Below the pieces are notes generated by a model. That model saw only the letters and a list, made by a program, of their open reading frames with translations, was not told where the DNA came from and did no database searches. A stretch of 64,000 bases of DNA, from assembly GCF_006345805.1 (NCBI RefSeq), contig NC_043001.1:111290001-111354000 (forward strand), in the 5' to 3' direction. Positions 63,344 through 64,000 of this stretch are shown in pieces (position 1 is the stretch's first letter; every line of letters begins with the position of its first letter). This stretch comes from Octopus sinensis. Lineage: Eukaryota. The translations under genes and the position numbers were made by a program.

Positions 63344-64000
63344 TGGCAGGGCTGGCCTGCTAGGTAGCCGGCCAGAATGCTAGAAAAAGATCATCAACGA
63401 TCAAACTACAAGGGAAATTCTCTAGAGGAAGAATTCAGCGAACACCAGAACCAAATTTGGCGGGCAGGACATATGAAAAATTAAATAAAAAACAGACTTA
63501 AATGCATACCTCGGTTTCGGTCTTAACAAAAGAATTACTTGCATAATTCAAGTGTCCGTGACTTCTTCAGTACATTCGGTCCTCGAGATGCAAACTGAAA
63601 GACTAACCCCAGCTCTCTGTGTCAAGACAGACACGTGCTTAGTCTTACTGATTACATCGGGAATAAAATTTCAAATGTCTTGGTTCTGGCGCGCTAAGAG
63701 ACTCCTGAAGCGAAGGGCTGCAGTGAATAATTCACTGCGGGTAATGCTTACAACTAGGGAACGTATTTATTTAAATATTTAAAAATTGAGGGAGATAAAT
63801 TAATATTAATTTTAATATCAATTTAAAACCAGTAGTCCAGCATTCAAAAAATTTATATATATATATATATATATATATGCATAAGTGTACACACAAACAC
63901 GCACACAAACACACGCACTGGCTCAATTCAATTCCGTTCCTTTCAATTAGTTAAATATCTAACTTACGAATTCGTTTTGTTTTCATTTGTCGGAGATCTT

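Overview
AT-rich, repeat-dominated eukaryotic genomic DNA. It is most likely octopus or another coleoid cephalopod, inferred from recalled SINE families and the dense (TA)/(TG)/(GATA)/(TATG) microsatellites; this was not verified by search. No convincing host protein-coding exon was found, so the window reads as intergenic or deep-intronic. Most ORF-track entries are microsatellite read-throughs. Contents: about 25 copies of three tRNA-headed SINE families; a near-full-length but disabled CR1-group LINE (about 55.7-60.4 kb) nested in a SINE; a young 5'-truncated Tx1/L1 ORF2 fragment inside a GATA array (32.3-33.5 kb); RTE and RLE-type LINE 3' fragments; an internally deleted mariner; two MITEs with 8-bp TSDs; a perfect 309-bp inverted repeat; and two Penelope-type minimal hammerhead motifs. 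The top candidate is a 2.24-kb element at 22425-24662 with an exact 11-bp TSD. It encodes only a Tx1/L1-type ORF1 (zinc knuckle, no endonuclease or RT). It shares a 3'-terminal stem-loop, including a compensatory base pair, with the Tx1 ORF2 element 8 kb away, which suggests an ORF1-only (half-Tx1, HAL1-like) partner system.
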